Virus record (IMG/VR): IMGVR_UViG_3300046804_003463 | Coordinates: 13,033 to 77,032 of that record | Reading direction: 5' to 3' (one strand) | Length of the DNA stretch: 64,000 nucleotides | Source: a virus | In this document: in pieces, positions 45,653 to 53,308 of the stretch | How positions within the stretch are numbered: the stretch's first letter is position 1 | How the letters are laid out: each line of letters opens with the position of its first letter | Position numbers and translations under genes: made by a program | The notes under the pieces: generated by a model | Seen by the model: the letters and a program-made list of their open reading frames with translations, nothing else | Database searches by the model: none | What the model was told of the DNA's origin: nothing

Positions 45653-46230
45653 TACCATGTCCAAGAAACGTATGAGTATCGTGTGCCTTTCGTCACTAAG
45701 TCAACTCTGTGTGGATAAAGAAAGTTTGATGGGAAAATCATAATCTCACCTGCCTTCAAAGTTATGGGTGTATCTTGCCAAAACACCAGATCACCACCCT
45801 CATAGCCACCATTTAAACCACCAAGAATAGTGAGTGTTGGTATACCTTTGCGCTGACCATCAAACATTGAATGAATGTGATCGCAATGAAGTTTCATGTT
45901 TGTGTTTTCACGATATCGATTAAAACGAACTTCTGTGTAACCTTGCCAAGTGGCATACCAATCGCAACCCCATTCCGCAAGTTCTTGGTGATATCTTTGT
46001 AGACCATCCCAAATTCTTTGCATAATGTATTCTTTGTGTTTTACATTTGACCATGTAACGGCAAGTTCGTGTTCATACGAATGATTGGAATTGTTATGAT
46101 AATCATAAAATTGATGTGTTTGAAACTGACCCTCTACTAGTTCTAGTTCGTCAACAGTCTCTTGGCACACTTCTGGTGTGAGCCAATCGGAATAGATTTT
46201 GAGGTATGATCGTAAGTCTTTGTTCATCAT
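45652..46230 (-). CDS. 2OG-Fe(II) dioxygenase (prolyl-hydroxylase-like)
   Basis: HCD, EGG, FPSNFLYPH and RYS motifs. Confidence 0.88.
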   Translation of the reverse strand: MMNKDLRSYLKIYSDWLTPEVCQETVDELELVEGQFQTHQFYDYHNNSNHSYEHELAVTWSNVKHKEYIMQRIWDGLQRYHQELAEWGCDWYATWQGYTEVRFNRYRENTNMKLHCDHIHSMFDGQRKGIPTLTILGGLNGGYEGGDLVFWQDTPITLKAGEIMIFPSNFLYPHRVDLVTKGTRYSYVSWTW

Positions 46231-46239
46231 GTATCCTTC

Positions 46240-46261
46240 AAAGTGGGGCTTGCGCCCCACT
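46240..46261 (-). terminator. GNRA-loop hairpin after hsp20 (weak terminator or stabiliser)
   Basis: AGTGGGGC-GCAA-GCCCCACT-TT. Confidence 0.55.
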
Positions 46262-46263
46262 CA

Positions 46264-46743
46264 TTACGCAGCCTTCTTTTCTTCTTGTAGAAGTTGAGGC
46301 TGGAATGTTTTGAGTTCATTACCAATCTCAATCTTACGTGGTTTCTTATGCTCTGGAATGATGTTCTCAAGTCCAATGCGTAGAATGCCATCTTTGTATT
46401 CTGCACCTTTTACTTCAATGGTGTCAGCAATAGTGATTGACTTAGTGAAAGAACGTGTACCAATACCACGATGTAGATATTCCAAGTTTGGTGTTCCTTC
46501 AACCTTTTCACCTTTGATAGTCAATGTATTTTCTTGTACCTGAATATCAATTTCATCTTTACTGAAACCAGCAACAGCAAGTTCTACCGCATACTTATTA
46601 TCATCTATTTTGATGATGTTATGTGGCGGAAAGTTATTTACTGGTTTAGTTTCATTCAGAATTGATTCTACATCACGAATAAAGTTTTCAAAGCCAAGTG
46701 TCTGATGAAACAATGGTCCAAAAGCAATACGTCCTACTGTCAT
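46264..46743 (-). CDS. Small heat-shock protein (Hsp20/IbpA-like)
   Basis: NFPPHNI, LAVAGF, YLHRGI, DGIL and PRKIEI motifs; SD AAGGAG before MTVGR. Confidence 0.95.
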   Translation of the reverse strand: MTVGRIAFGPLFHQTLGFENFIRDVESILNETKPVNNFPPHNIIKIDDNKYAVELAVAGFSKDEIDIQVQENTLTIKGEKVEGTPNLEYLHRGIGTRSFTKSITIADTIEVKGAEYKDGILRIGLENIIPEHKKPRKIEIGNELKTFQPQLLQEEKKAA

Positions 46744-46804
46744 AGTTTTCTCCTTTTTAAGCAAGTTAAATTACGTGACCCCGAAGGCATCACGACTTAC
46801 TTGC
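46741..46804 (-). promoter_or_regulatory. ROSE-like RNA thermometer candidate
   Basis: UUCG hairpin followed by CUUGCUU-AAA-AAGGAG covering the hsp20 SD. Confidence 0.6.
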
Positions 46805-46978
46805 AACCACAAATGCTGTGCGGTTGACAAGATAAGTTCTTTGTGGATTACTTTGACTAAAGACTTTAATAAACTCGTTACTACCTTCTTTAATCACGTT
46901 GTCGTAATCCCTAGTATACACTTCTTCTTTAGTGTATTTATTTATTAGTTTGATCGGATTGTTTTTCACTTTGCTCAT
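46790..46978 (-). CDS. Hypothetical protein
   Basis: 62-aa ORF between regA and hsp20. Confidence 0.6.
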   Translation of the reverse strand: MSKVKNNPIKLINKYTKEEVYTRDYDNVIKEGSNEFIKVFSQSNPQRTYLVNRTAFVVASKS

Positions 46979-46991
46979 GATGACTCACCAT

Positions 46992-47393
46992 TTATTCTTT
47001 CTTCTTTTTACCGATATTATATTTGGCAACTAATTCCCAGTCATCTTTCTCTTTGAAAGATATAATTTTAATTTGATGAATTGGTGCCATGTTGTTTTCA
47101 ATTATATCATAGTTCACAACTTTAATCAAGCCCCACTCTTCAAGTAAATTGGCAATAGCGTTACGTCTTTGTATATCGTTTTCGGTAATCGTTGATGGTT
47201 TACCGTCTAATGCAAATAACTCTTTGAAATGTACAATGTAATATTTGCCTTGCTTGTGCAATATGTGGCAAGACTGATACAATACTCTTTCTTTTCTTGA
47301 TGATACACCAATCCTTGTTAGTGTCTCTCGTACTTTTAGAAAGTCATCCTCTTCTACAAGAACAACTTCAACAAACTTAGATATATCCACCAT
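46992..47393 (-). CDS. regA: Translational repressor RegA
   Basis: FLKVRETLTRIG, LYQSCHILHKQG and HFKEL motifs. Confidence 0.96.
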   Translation of the reverse strand: MVDISKFVEVVLVEEDDFLKVRETLTRIGVSSRKERVLYQSCHILHKQGKYYIVHFKELFALDGKPSTITENDIQRRNAIANLLEEWGLIKVVNYDIIENNMAPIHQIKIISFKEKDDWELVAKYNIGKKKKE

Positions 47394-47394
47394 G

Positions 47395-47781
47395 TCATTT
47401 CCTTAACCCACCCGTTAGGGTTTCTTCTTTTAGTTTTTGGATTTGTTCTTTGCTTAGTATTCGCAAAGCCTCACGTGCTTTGGAATCGGACAGGCCATAG
47501 ACCAGTTTGACACATTCCAAATCATCGTTTTTTTCAGACTTAGCCCACTTCGCAAATGGTCTTTTCATAGACCTGACAGTATTTAGTAAATAGTCAAATT
47601 GTAGCTTCTTTTCAAGGTAGTGCCTACTATTCATCTCGTTTGCAAAGGCTAGACAGTCTTTGTGCTGAGACAAGGCTCGGTTGACCAGAAAAGGATTGTA
47701 GTCCTTCTCAGTCAGGTCATCTACAATAAGTTGTTTCTTGGTTTGTAGAATAGCTGTGGCGTAGTCAAATGGATTGCTCAT
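47395..47781 (-). CDS. gp62: Clamp loader small subunit, gp62-like
   Basis: YNPFLVNRALS motif; position before regA. Confidence 0.9.
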   Translation of the reverse strand: MSNPFDYATAILQTKKQLIVDDLTEKDYNPFLVNRALSQHKDCLAFANEMNSRHYLEKKLQFDYLLNTVRSMKRPFAKWAKSEKNDDLECVKLVYGLSDSKAREALRILSKEQIQKLKEETLTGGLRK

Positions 47782-48242
47782 TTTTTATAACTTGAATCTG
47801 CATATTTCATAAGTTCGTGAATTTCTTCCTGAGTCAACTTCTTGACCGCTATCAATGATTCTTGCTCAATTGGAATCACTACCATCTTATGACCGAACTT
47901 CGTTGTGTATCTTTCACTCTCAACGAATGTTTTAGGATTAGCACTGAAAATCCAACCACCCCATTTGTATTTTGGATTTATCAAAGGGGGTATAGAAACA
48001 AAATACAGTTCATCAACATTACGACATTTTCTCAACTGTGTTTCTCTAAAAGTGAAAGCATTTTTTACCACAAAAGGTTGTTCTGTTTTAACCTCTATAT
48101 GTTTACCATCAACAATCATATCTTTTGTGTGATCGAAATGATCAATAGATTCCTGAACTTTGTGTCCTAAACTATTTAAATAGTTCACAACAATCTTTTC
48201 ACCTATTCTACCTAATATGTCAATTCGTTGTTCGTGTTTCAT
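47778..48242 (-). CDS. PD-(D/E)xK nuclease-like protein
   Basis: GRIGEKIV...DMIVDGKHIEVK. Confidence 0.6.
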   Translation of the reverse strand: MKHEQRIDILGRIGEKIVVNYLNSLGHKVQESIDHFDHTKDMIVDGKHIEVKTEQPFVVKNAFTFRETQLRKCRNVDELYFVSIPPLINPKYKWGGWIFSANPKTFVESERYTTKFGHKMVVIPIEQESLIAVKKLTQEEIHELMKYADSSYKK

Positions 48243-48639
48243 GTTTTTCCAAATATTTCACAAGTTTCATAACACCATCCAGATTATCTCCGGCTCTTGC
48301 TAAAGCAGAATTACAGTCGTGACAAATCCAACCCCTAAACTGACCAGTTTTGTGATCATGATCCAAAAAGAGTCCTATTGGTTTTCTATTTTTAGTTTGT
48401 TCAAGTGTGCATTTACCACAACACTCACAAACATTTGGTCTTGCTCTAACGTATTTTTTTAAATTGGCTCTAACTTTTATTTGTTTACTAACACAAACTT
48501 TGCAACGATTATCACGCTTATCATAATTTGTTAACAATGATGCAAATTCAATTAAAGGTTTTTCAACTTTGCAGTATATACATGGTTTAGTTTCAACCAA
48601 TTGAGGCTGTTCACCTAAAAACTGAGATAAATTACCCAT
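48220..48639 (-). CDS. Endonuclease VII-type His-Me nuclease (homing-endonuclease-like)
   Basis: CxxC pairs; LDHDHKTGQFRGWICHDCN. Confidence 0.85.
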   Translation of the reverse strand: MGNLSQFLGEQPQLVETKPCIYCKVEKPLIEFASLLTNYDKRDNRCKVCVSKQIKVRANLKKYVRARPNVCECCGKCTLEQTKNRKPIGLFLDHDHKTGQFRGWICHDCNSALARAGDNLDGVMKLVKYLEKHETRTTN

Positions 48640-48640
48640 A

Positions 48641-49570
48641 TCATTTGAATTCCACGTTGGCCATAATTTCTGTCAGACAAGCAACAAGATTGATTTCATG
48701 ATCAGCAACGAATGCCTGCTTATACTGATAGTCAGCAAGAATTAGCACTGCCTGTGGTATACTCTGAGGCTTTGCAATGTCATACAAAGCATCATAGAGT
48801 TTGCGAAAGAATGTCGTGTTATCAATTTCCGACGTTGCTGCCCATTTACGGACGGATGTAAAGTCTTTTTCTTTCAGATGTTTGACAATCTGTGTTAGAG
48901 AAATATCACCAATCTGAGAGAGTATGCCTACATCAATCTTGCCGAGTTTGGAATAGCGTTGAAGTTCATTAATAACACGACGAAAATCTGGAAAGTGTTT
49001 CTTGACTACTTCAGCGATTACCTTTTCATCAAATTCAACTTTCTCTGTGTCTAGTATGTGTGTGATGCGTTTGAAGAAGGCAGAAGCCATCTTTTGTTTT
49101 TCACCATTCTTCAAACCAAATTCAATCACCGCACAACGACTGTGTAGTGGGTCAATGATTTTGTTTTTGTAGTTACAAGTGAAAATGAAAGAACAGTTTG
49201 CAGCAAACTCTTCAATAGCGTTACGCAGAATTGCTTGTGCGTTTGGTGTTAGATAGTCTGCTTCATCTAGAATGACGACCTTTCGGCCGCCAGATAGAGA
49301 AATAGATGATGCATAGTTTTTAATTTTGACACGAATCGTATCAACACCGTTCTCATCAGAACCATTGATTATCATGTAGTCGCAACCGATTTCGTTGCAC
49401 ATGGCCTTGGCGATTGTAGTCTTGCCCACGCCCGCTCCACCAGCCAGAAGGAGATTTGGTATCTCCTTCTGATTCACGTATTCTTGAAATGTTGCCTTCA
49501 AGCGTTCTGGTAAAATACAATCTTCCACTGTTCGTGGCCGATACTTTTCTGTCCACAGAAGATGTTCCAT
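48641..49570 (-). CDS. gp44: Clamp loader large subunit, gp44-like
   Basis: EKYRP, GAGVGKTT, DEAD and SRC motifs. Confidence 0.96.
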   Translation of the reverse strand: MEHLLWTEKYRPRTVEDCILPERLKATFQEYVNQKEIPNLLLAGGAGVGKTTIAKAMCNEIGCDYMIINGSDENGVDTIRVKIKNYASSISLSGGRKVVILDEADYLTPNAQAILRNAIEEFAANCSFIFTCNYKNKIIDPLHSRCAVIEFGLKNGEKQKMASAFFKRITHILDTEKVEFDEKVIAEVVKKHFPDFRRVINELQRYSKLGKIDVGILSQIGDISLTQIVKHLKEKDFTSVRKWAATSEIDNTTFFRKLYDALYDIAKPQSIPQAVLILADYQYKQAFVADHEINLVACLTEIMANVEFK

Positions 49571-49609
49571 GGTAACCTTTCACAAAAATCATAATGTAGT
49601 AATATTATA

Positions 49610-49819
49610 TCAGTCAGCGTTCAATGCTGCAAGAACTTCCAGATAATTTTCTTTTACATGCCAATCAATGCCGTTGATACCATAGATAACAGTTTTGCCT
49701 TCCTGTTCTGGAATAGTTTTTACTGGCTCAAACACGGATGCAATTGCCTCTTTATTAATGGCGATAGATTCACCATCAAAAGCAGGTGATGCATTCGTAA
49801 AAACAACGAACTTACCCAT
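49610..49819 (-). CDS. Hypothetical protein
   Basis: 69-aa ORF between gp45 and gp44. Confidence 0.6.
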   Translation of the reverse strand: MGKFVVFTNASPAFDGESIAINKEAIASVFEPVKTIPEQEGKTVIYGINGIDWHVKENYLEVLAALNAD

Positions 49820-49821
49820 GA

Positions 49822-50502
49822 TTAACCTTTCTCATATTTTGAACCAGCTTCAGTTGCAATCCAATACTGAATGTTCATTGATTTGTGTTTGAAATGTGCA
49901 ATACCTTTTGAAGATATTGTAACTGCATAAGCACCAGAAAGCATCTTCAAGTTTTCGGTTTTGAAGAGCATTTTGTATTTGTTACCATTACTCTTTGAAA
50001 CTTCCAAAGACTCGGTGTGTGCTGCATCATTCTGTGAATCAAATGCAGTCACAGAGATTTTACTTCCATCAGATTCAACGGCAATGTGTGGTGAAGACAG
50101 AACATTGGCTGCACGTAGAATCCAATCAAAGTCTTCAGCACTCAAATCAAACTTGATTTCTGGATTGTCCAGTTCCAGATTTTTGTCTGGTGCTGCAACA
50201 ATCATGCTAGTGGCACAAAAACGATATTTGATTTTGCTACGACCTTGCAAACCAGAGATGAGTACATTTGCCTCATCAAAGTCAATGACCGGCTCTTCTT
50301 TGTGAAGAGAAAGAACGGACAAAAAGTTGTTTAGATCATATACACCAAACTCTTTTGGAATCTCTTCAGAGACAACAGCCTCGGCAAGAATATTCTTGTG
50401 TGTAGAGATGGTACGAATTGTTTTACCTGGTTTGAAAACAATGCCTTGATTGATACTAGCAAAGTTTTTCAACACAGACAAAGTTTCATTTGAAAGTTTC
50501 AT
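49822..50502 (-). CDS. gp45: Sliding clamp, gp45-like
   Basis: LKNFASIN, FGVYDL..FL and YWIATE motifs. Confidence 0.95.
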   Translation of the reverse strand: MKLSNETLSVLKNFASINQGIVFKPGKTIRTISTHKNILAEAVVSEEIPKEFGVYDLNNFLSVLSLHKEEPVIDFDEANVLISGLQGRSKIKYRFCATSMIVAAPDKNLELDNPEIKFDLSAEDFDWILRAANVLSSPHIAVESDGSKISVTAFDSQNDAAHTESLEVSKSNGNKYKMLFKTENLKMLSGAYAVTISSKGIAHFKHKSMNIQYWIATEAGSKYEKG

Positions 50503-50505
50503 AAT

Positions 50506-50775
50506 TTATTTCCTCGTCAAATCATGGTTGTGTAAGGCCATTATAGCATAATGTACAACTTTCATCAAGTCATCACGATTGTAGCCGTTCTTTTTGCCGT
50601 ATCGTTGTGCGTATTTGATGATGTTACCAATAAAGAATCCTTCACCATGCCCACAATCAATGATGAATTCTGAAGTTTGGAATTTGTTTAGTGAGTAGTG
50701 TTGACCGTATGTCTTATCAACGTATTCTTTTATGTCTTTAAGAATACGGTCTTCACTGTACTTGTAATCTATCAC
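50506..50775 (-). CDS. DUF3310-like small helical protein
   Basis: HY...GEGFFIGNIIKYAQRYGKK...DLMK. Confidence 0.7.
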   Translation of the reverse strand: MIDYKYSEDRILKDIKEYVDKTYGQHYSLNKFQTSEFIIDCGHGEGFFIGNIIKYAQRYGKKNGYNRDDLMKVVHYAIMALHNHDLTRK

Positions 50776-51587
50776 AGTCTACCAGTATACTGAGCAACGG
50801 CGGGCATGTTGCCAGTAAATGCGTATGTACCAATATGCTGTGTCTTCATCCAAGGACATAACCAAACTTGTCCACCAATCTTGCGCCACATCTGACAGAA
50901 CATGTAATCTTCTGATAGATAACGTTCAGAGCCTCCACCAACACAAGAATCGGCTGTGTCAATCACCGTATCAAAGTATGCATGAATGTAACGTGAACCA
51001 TCAAAGTGTGCTTGACCAACATGGTCGGGTTTGTATTTGATTTGAGGATAAGCATCCTTCATTTTATCGAACACACCACGTTTAATCATCATGTGACCTG
51101 TGCCAATCTCCATCACTTCAAGTGGGTCAGATACTTGAAATTGTTGTGTGCCTTTCACCACATTGAATACATATTCACCAACAAGATTCTCAAGTTCTCT
51201 TGGGTTTAAATCTGGATGACGACGAGCAGTCTCAGCAATATTACTCCAATTGATTGACTTCTTTGGATATGGACCACCAATTACATCTTTATCAAGTGCA
51301 AGTAAGGCAACAACATCGTTCGGATCAAAATGAATATCCGAATCGATAAACATCATGTGTGTAAAATCTGTGCGTAGAAACTCATCTACTAGATAATTTC
51401 TTGCTCTTGTGATGAGAGATTCGTTGAAGAGGAAGGAAAACTTTGTTTCAATACCGTAACGAATCATAACGGTTTGAAGGTCAAGACATGATTTCATGTA
51501 CAGACCGTGATTCATTCCACCATACATGGGTGTGGCAATGAACAGTTTATTTTTTCTTAGTTGTTCAATATCGACTTGTATTTGCAT
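50772..51587 (-). CDS. Glycosyltransferase-like (GT-A) conserved phage protein
   Basis: ATPMYGG, ESLITRARN, FIDSD and YLSEDYMFC motifs. Confidence 0.7.
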   Translation of the reverse strand: MQIQVDIEQLRKNKLFIATPMYGGMNHGLYMKSCLDLQTVMIRYGIETKFSFLFNESLITRARNYLVDEFLRTDFTHMMFIDSDIHFDPNDVVALLALDKDVIGGPYPKKSINWSNIAETARRHPDLNPRELENLVGEYVFNVVKGTQQFQVSDPLEVMEIGTGHMMIKRGVFDKMKDAYPQIKYKPDHVGQAHFDGSRYIHAYFDTVIDTADSCVGGGSERYLSEDYMFCQMWRKIGGQVWLCPWMKTQHIGTYAFTGNMPAVAQYTGRL

Positions 51588-51597
51588 AATCTATCCA

Positions 51598-51637
51598 TAA
51601 AAAAGAGTGAGAACACATAATATATATGCTCTCACTC
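51598..51637 (-). terminator. Intrinsic terminator
   Basis: GAGTGAGAGCATATA-TAT-TATGTGTTCTCACTC followed by a T run. Confidence 0.75.
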
Positions 51638-51656
51638 CACCAGTTTTTAGCCTAAT

Positions 51657-51920
51657 TTAGGCAAACGCCTGACCACCAAGAACTGCATGTGCAGCAGCGA
51701 TCATTTTCTTGGTAGGTTTACCAAGTTTGTAGTATGTGATGCGACGACCATCAGCAAGAGTTTTCTTGTTGGTATAAATGCAGTAACCTTCCGCACGTAG
51801 TTCTTCAATGCGGGCACCAACATTTACAATACCAAAACGGGCACGTGCCTGAGCAGCGGTCAAAGTATTGTAAGGACCATCCTTAGAAAGGAACTTGAGG
51901 ATTTTCTCTTTAGCAGACAT
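51657..51920 (-). CDS. Winged helix-turn-helix protein
   Basis: LT.AQARARFGI..VGARIEELRAEGYCI. Confidence 0.75.
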   Translation of the reverse strand: MSAKEKILKFLSKDGPYNTLTAAQARARFGIVNVGARIEELRAEGYCIYTNKKTLADGRRITYYKLGKPTKKMIAAAHAVLGGQAFA

Positions 51921-51941
51921 TCAATTTACTCCATAAAAATT

Positions 51942-51983
51942 AGTCGCACGAAAAAATAAAAAGTAGAGGCGACTTTTCTCTAC
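51942..51983 (-). promoter_or_regulatory. 5'-UTR hairpin/pseudoknot candidate
   Basis: GTAGAG/CTCTAC stem; loop AGTCGC complementary to downstream GCGACT. Confidence 0.45.
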
Positions 51984-51992
51984 ATACTTACT

Positions 51993-52030
51993 ATTATATA
52001 AAAAAAGAGAGAGTGTGTCAACACTCTCTC
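51993..52030 (-). promoter_or_regulatory. Consensus sigma70 promoter fused with an intrinsic terminator
   Basis: GAGAGAGTGT-TGAC-ACACTCTCTC-T7; TTGACA at 52016-52021, N17, TATAAT at 51993-51998. Confidence 0.85.
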
Positions 52031-52051
52031 AGGCAAAAGTGAATTACAACC

Positions 52052-53233
52052 TTAGAATGGTTGTTCTTCAGAGGAAGTCACCGGTACTTCATCAACCACA
52101 ACTGGTGCAGCATTAGGGTCAATACCAGCATCAATCTTAGTATACAGATCAAGGAAGGTAATCTTAGTATCGGCATCAAAACGATTCAAGCAATACTCAA
52201 TTGCCTTTTTCTTATCACCGTAGATACCGAAAGTTTTGACAATGTGTACTAGGCGGCGGGTAGAAATAACTTCATCACAACCACCATCAGCAAACGTATT
52301 ACGAATTGTATTTGCCCAAGTCACAAGATTTTTGGCAAATGTCTCATCAGAGCGACCAACAGAATCAAGTTCTTTGTTGACAATTTTTTCTTCAATACGT
52401 GCAGGTGGAAACTCTTGTTCCATTGTGTTAGGAAAACGCTCAAGAAACGCCTCATTCAACACATTGGTAAACATATAACGACCATCTTCAGAGCCTTTAC
52501 CTTTTGTGTTAGCAGTGGCGAACACGGTAAAGCCTGGCGCAGGTACAACCAACTCATTCTTTTTCTTTAGCAAGAATGGCTTACCCTCAAGCACCCGTTG
52601 TAAGCACGACAAGTTTTGTGCACCGTAGTCAATCTCATCAATACAGAGTACAGCACCTTGACGGGCAGCAACGGTCACAGGACCATCACGCCATTCCATC
52701 TGACCGTTGATAAGTACATAGTTACCAAGCAAGTCACCTTCATCAGAATCAGGTGTCATTGATACGCAAATAAATTTACGTTTTGCTTTGGCACAAGCCT
52801 GTTCAATACTCATGGTCTTACCGTTACCAGACTGACCAGTAATGAACACAGGAAAGAACTGTTTTGATTTCACAATTGACAACACATCTTCAAAGTTGCC
52901 AAAAGGAACATAGTTGTCATATTGAGAAGGAATCAGATTCTCAATTTCAAGATCAGTTGTCACATTAGCAATGCGATTACCTGATGTATTCTCAACCTTA
53001 GCCAAAGGTATTACCTGAGCAGCCAGACTGATAGCAGGAGCAGCACCAGAGGCGTTAGGAACACGATATACACCACGTTTGACCTTATTAGCCTCATCAT
53101 TGGTGAACCAGTAAGGGATAGCAAGACCAGCATTCTCAGCGACATCTTTCACTTCTGACAACGATACTTCAGATTTGCCAGTTGCAATAAGTGCATCAAG
53201 AAATGCCTTGCGTTTGTCAGCACGACTTGTCAT
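52052..53233 (-). CDS. MoxR/CobS-like AAA+ ATPase
   Basis: GQSGNGKT, IDEID, ATANTKGKG and NEAFLERF motifs. Confidence 0.92.
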   Translation of the reverse strand: MTSRADKRKAFLDALIATGKSEVSLSEVKDVAENAGLAIPYWFTNDEANKVKRGVYRVPNASGAAPAISLAAQVIPLAKVENTSGNRIANVTTDLEIENLIPSQYDNYVPFGNFEDVLSIVKSKQFFPVFITGQSGNGKTMSIEQACAKAKRKFICVSMTPDSDEGDLLGNYVLINGQMEWRDGPVTVAARQGAVLCIDEIDYGAQNLSCLQRVLEGKPFLLKKKNELVVPAPGFTVFATANTKGKGSEDGRYMFTNVLNEAFLERFPNTMEQEFPPARIEEKIVNKELDSVGRSDETFAKNLVTWANTIRNTFADGGCDEVISTRRLVHIVKTFGIYGDKKKAIEYCLNRFDADTKITFLDLYTKIDAGIDPNAAPVVVDEVPVTSSEEQPF

Positions 53234-53265
53234 AATATAAACTCTCCATCACATTAGGAACTACC

Positions 53266-53302
53266 ATTATAAAGAAATTCCACCACTTTGTCAAGTGGTG
53301 GA
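53266..53302 (-). promoter_or_regulatory. Consensus sigma70 promoter fused with a hairpin/terminator
   Basis: TCCACCACTT-GACA-AAGTGGTGGA-ATTTCTTT; TTGACA at 53289-53294, N17, TATAAT at 53266-53271. Confidence 0.85.
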
Positions 53303-53308
53303 TTGTTA

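Noticed and set aside
46744-46764. Extended ORF-track starts (hsp20 here; also thyX, gp41, cd, the 2OG oxygenase, and the ORFs listed as ending at 19102, 24889, 33730, 34775, 35485 and 45543)
   Set aside because: Downstream ATGs fit SD position, gene packing and family N-termini better, so the coordinates were trimmed.
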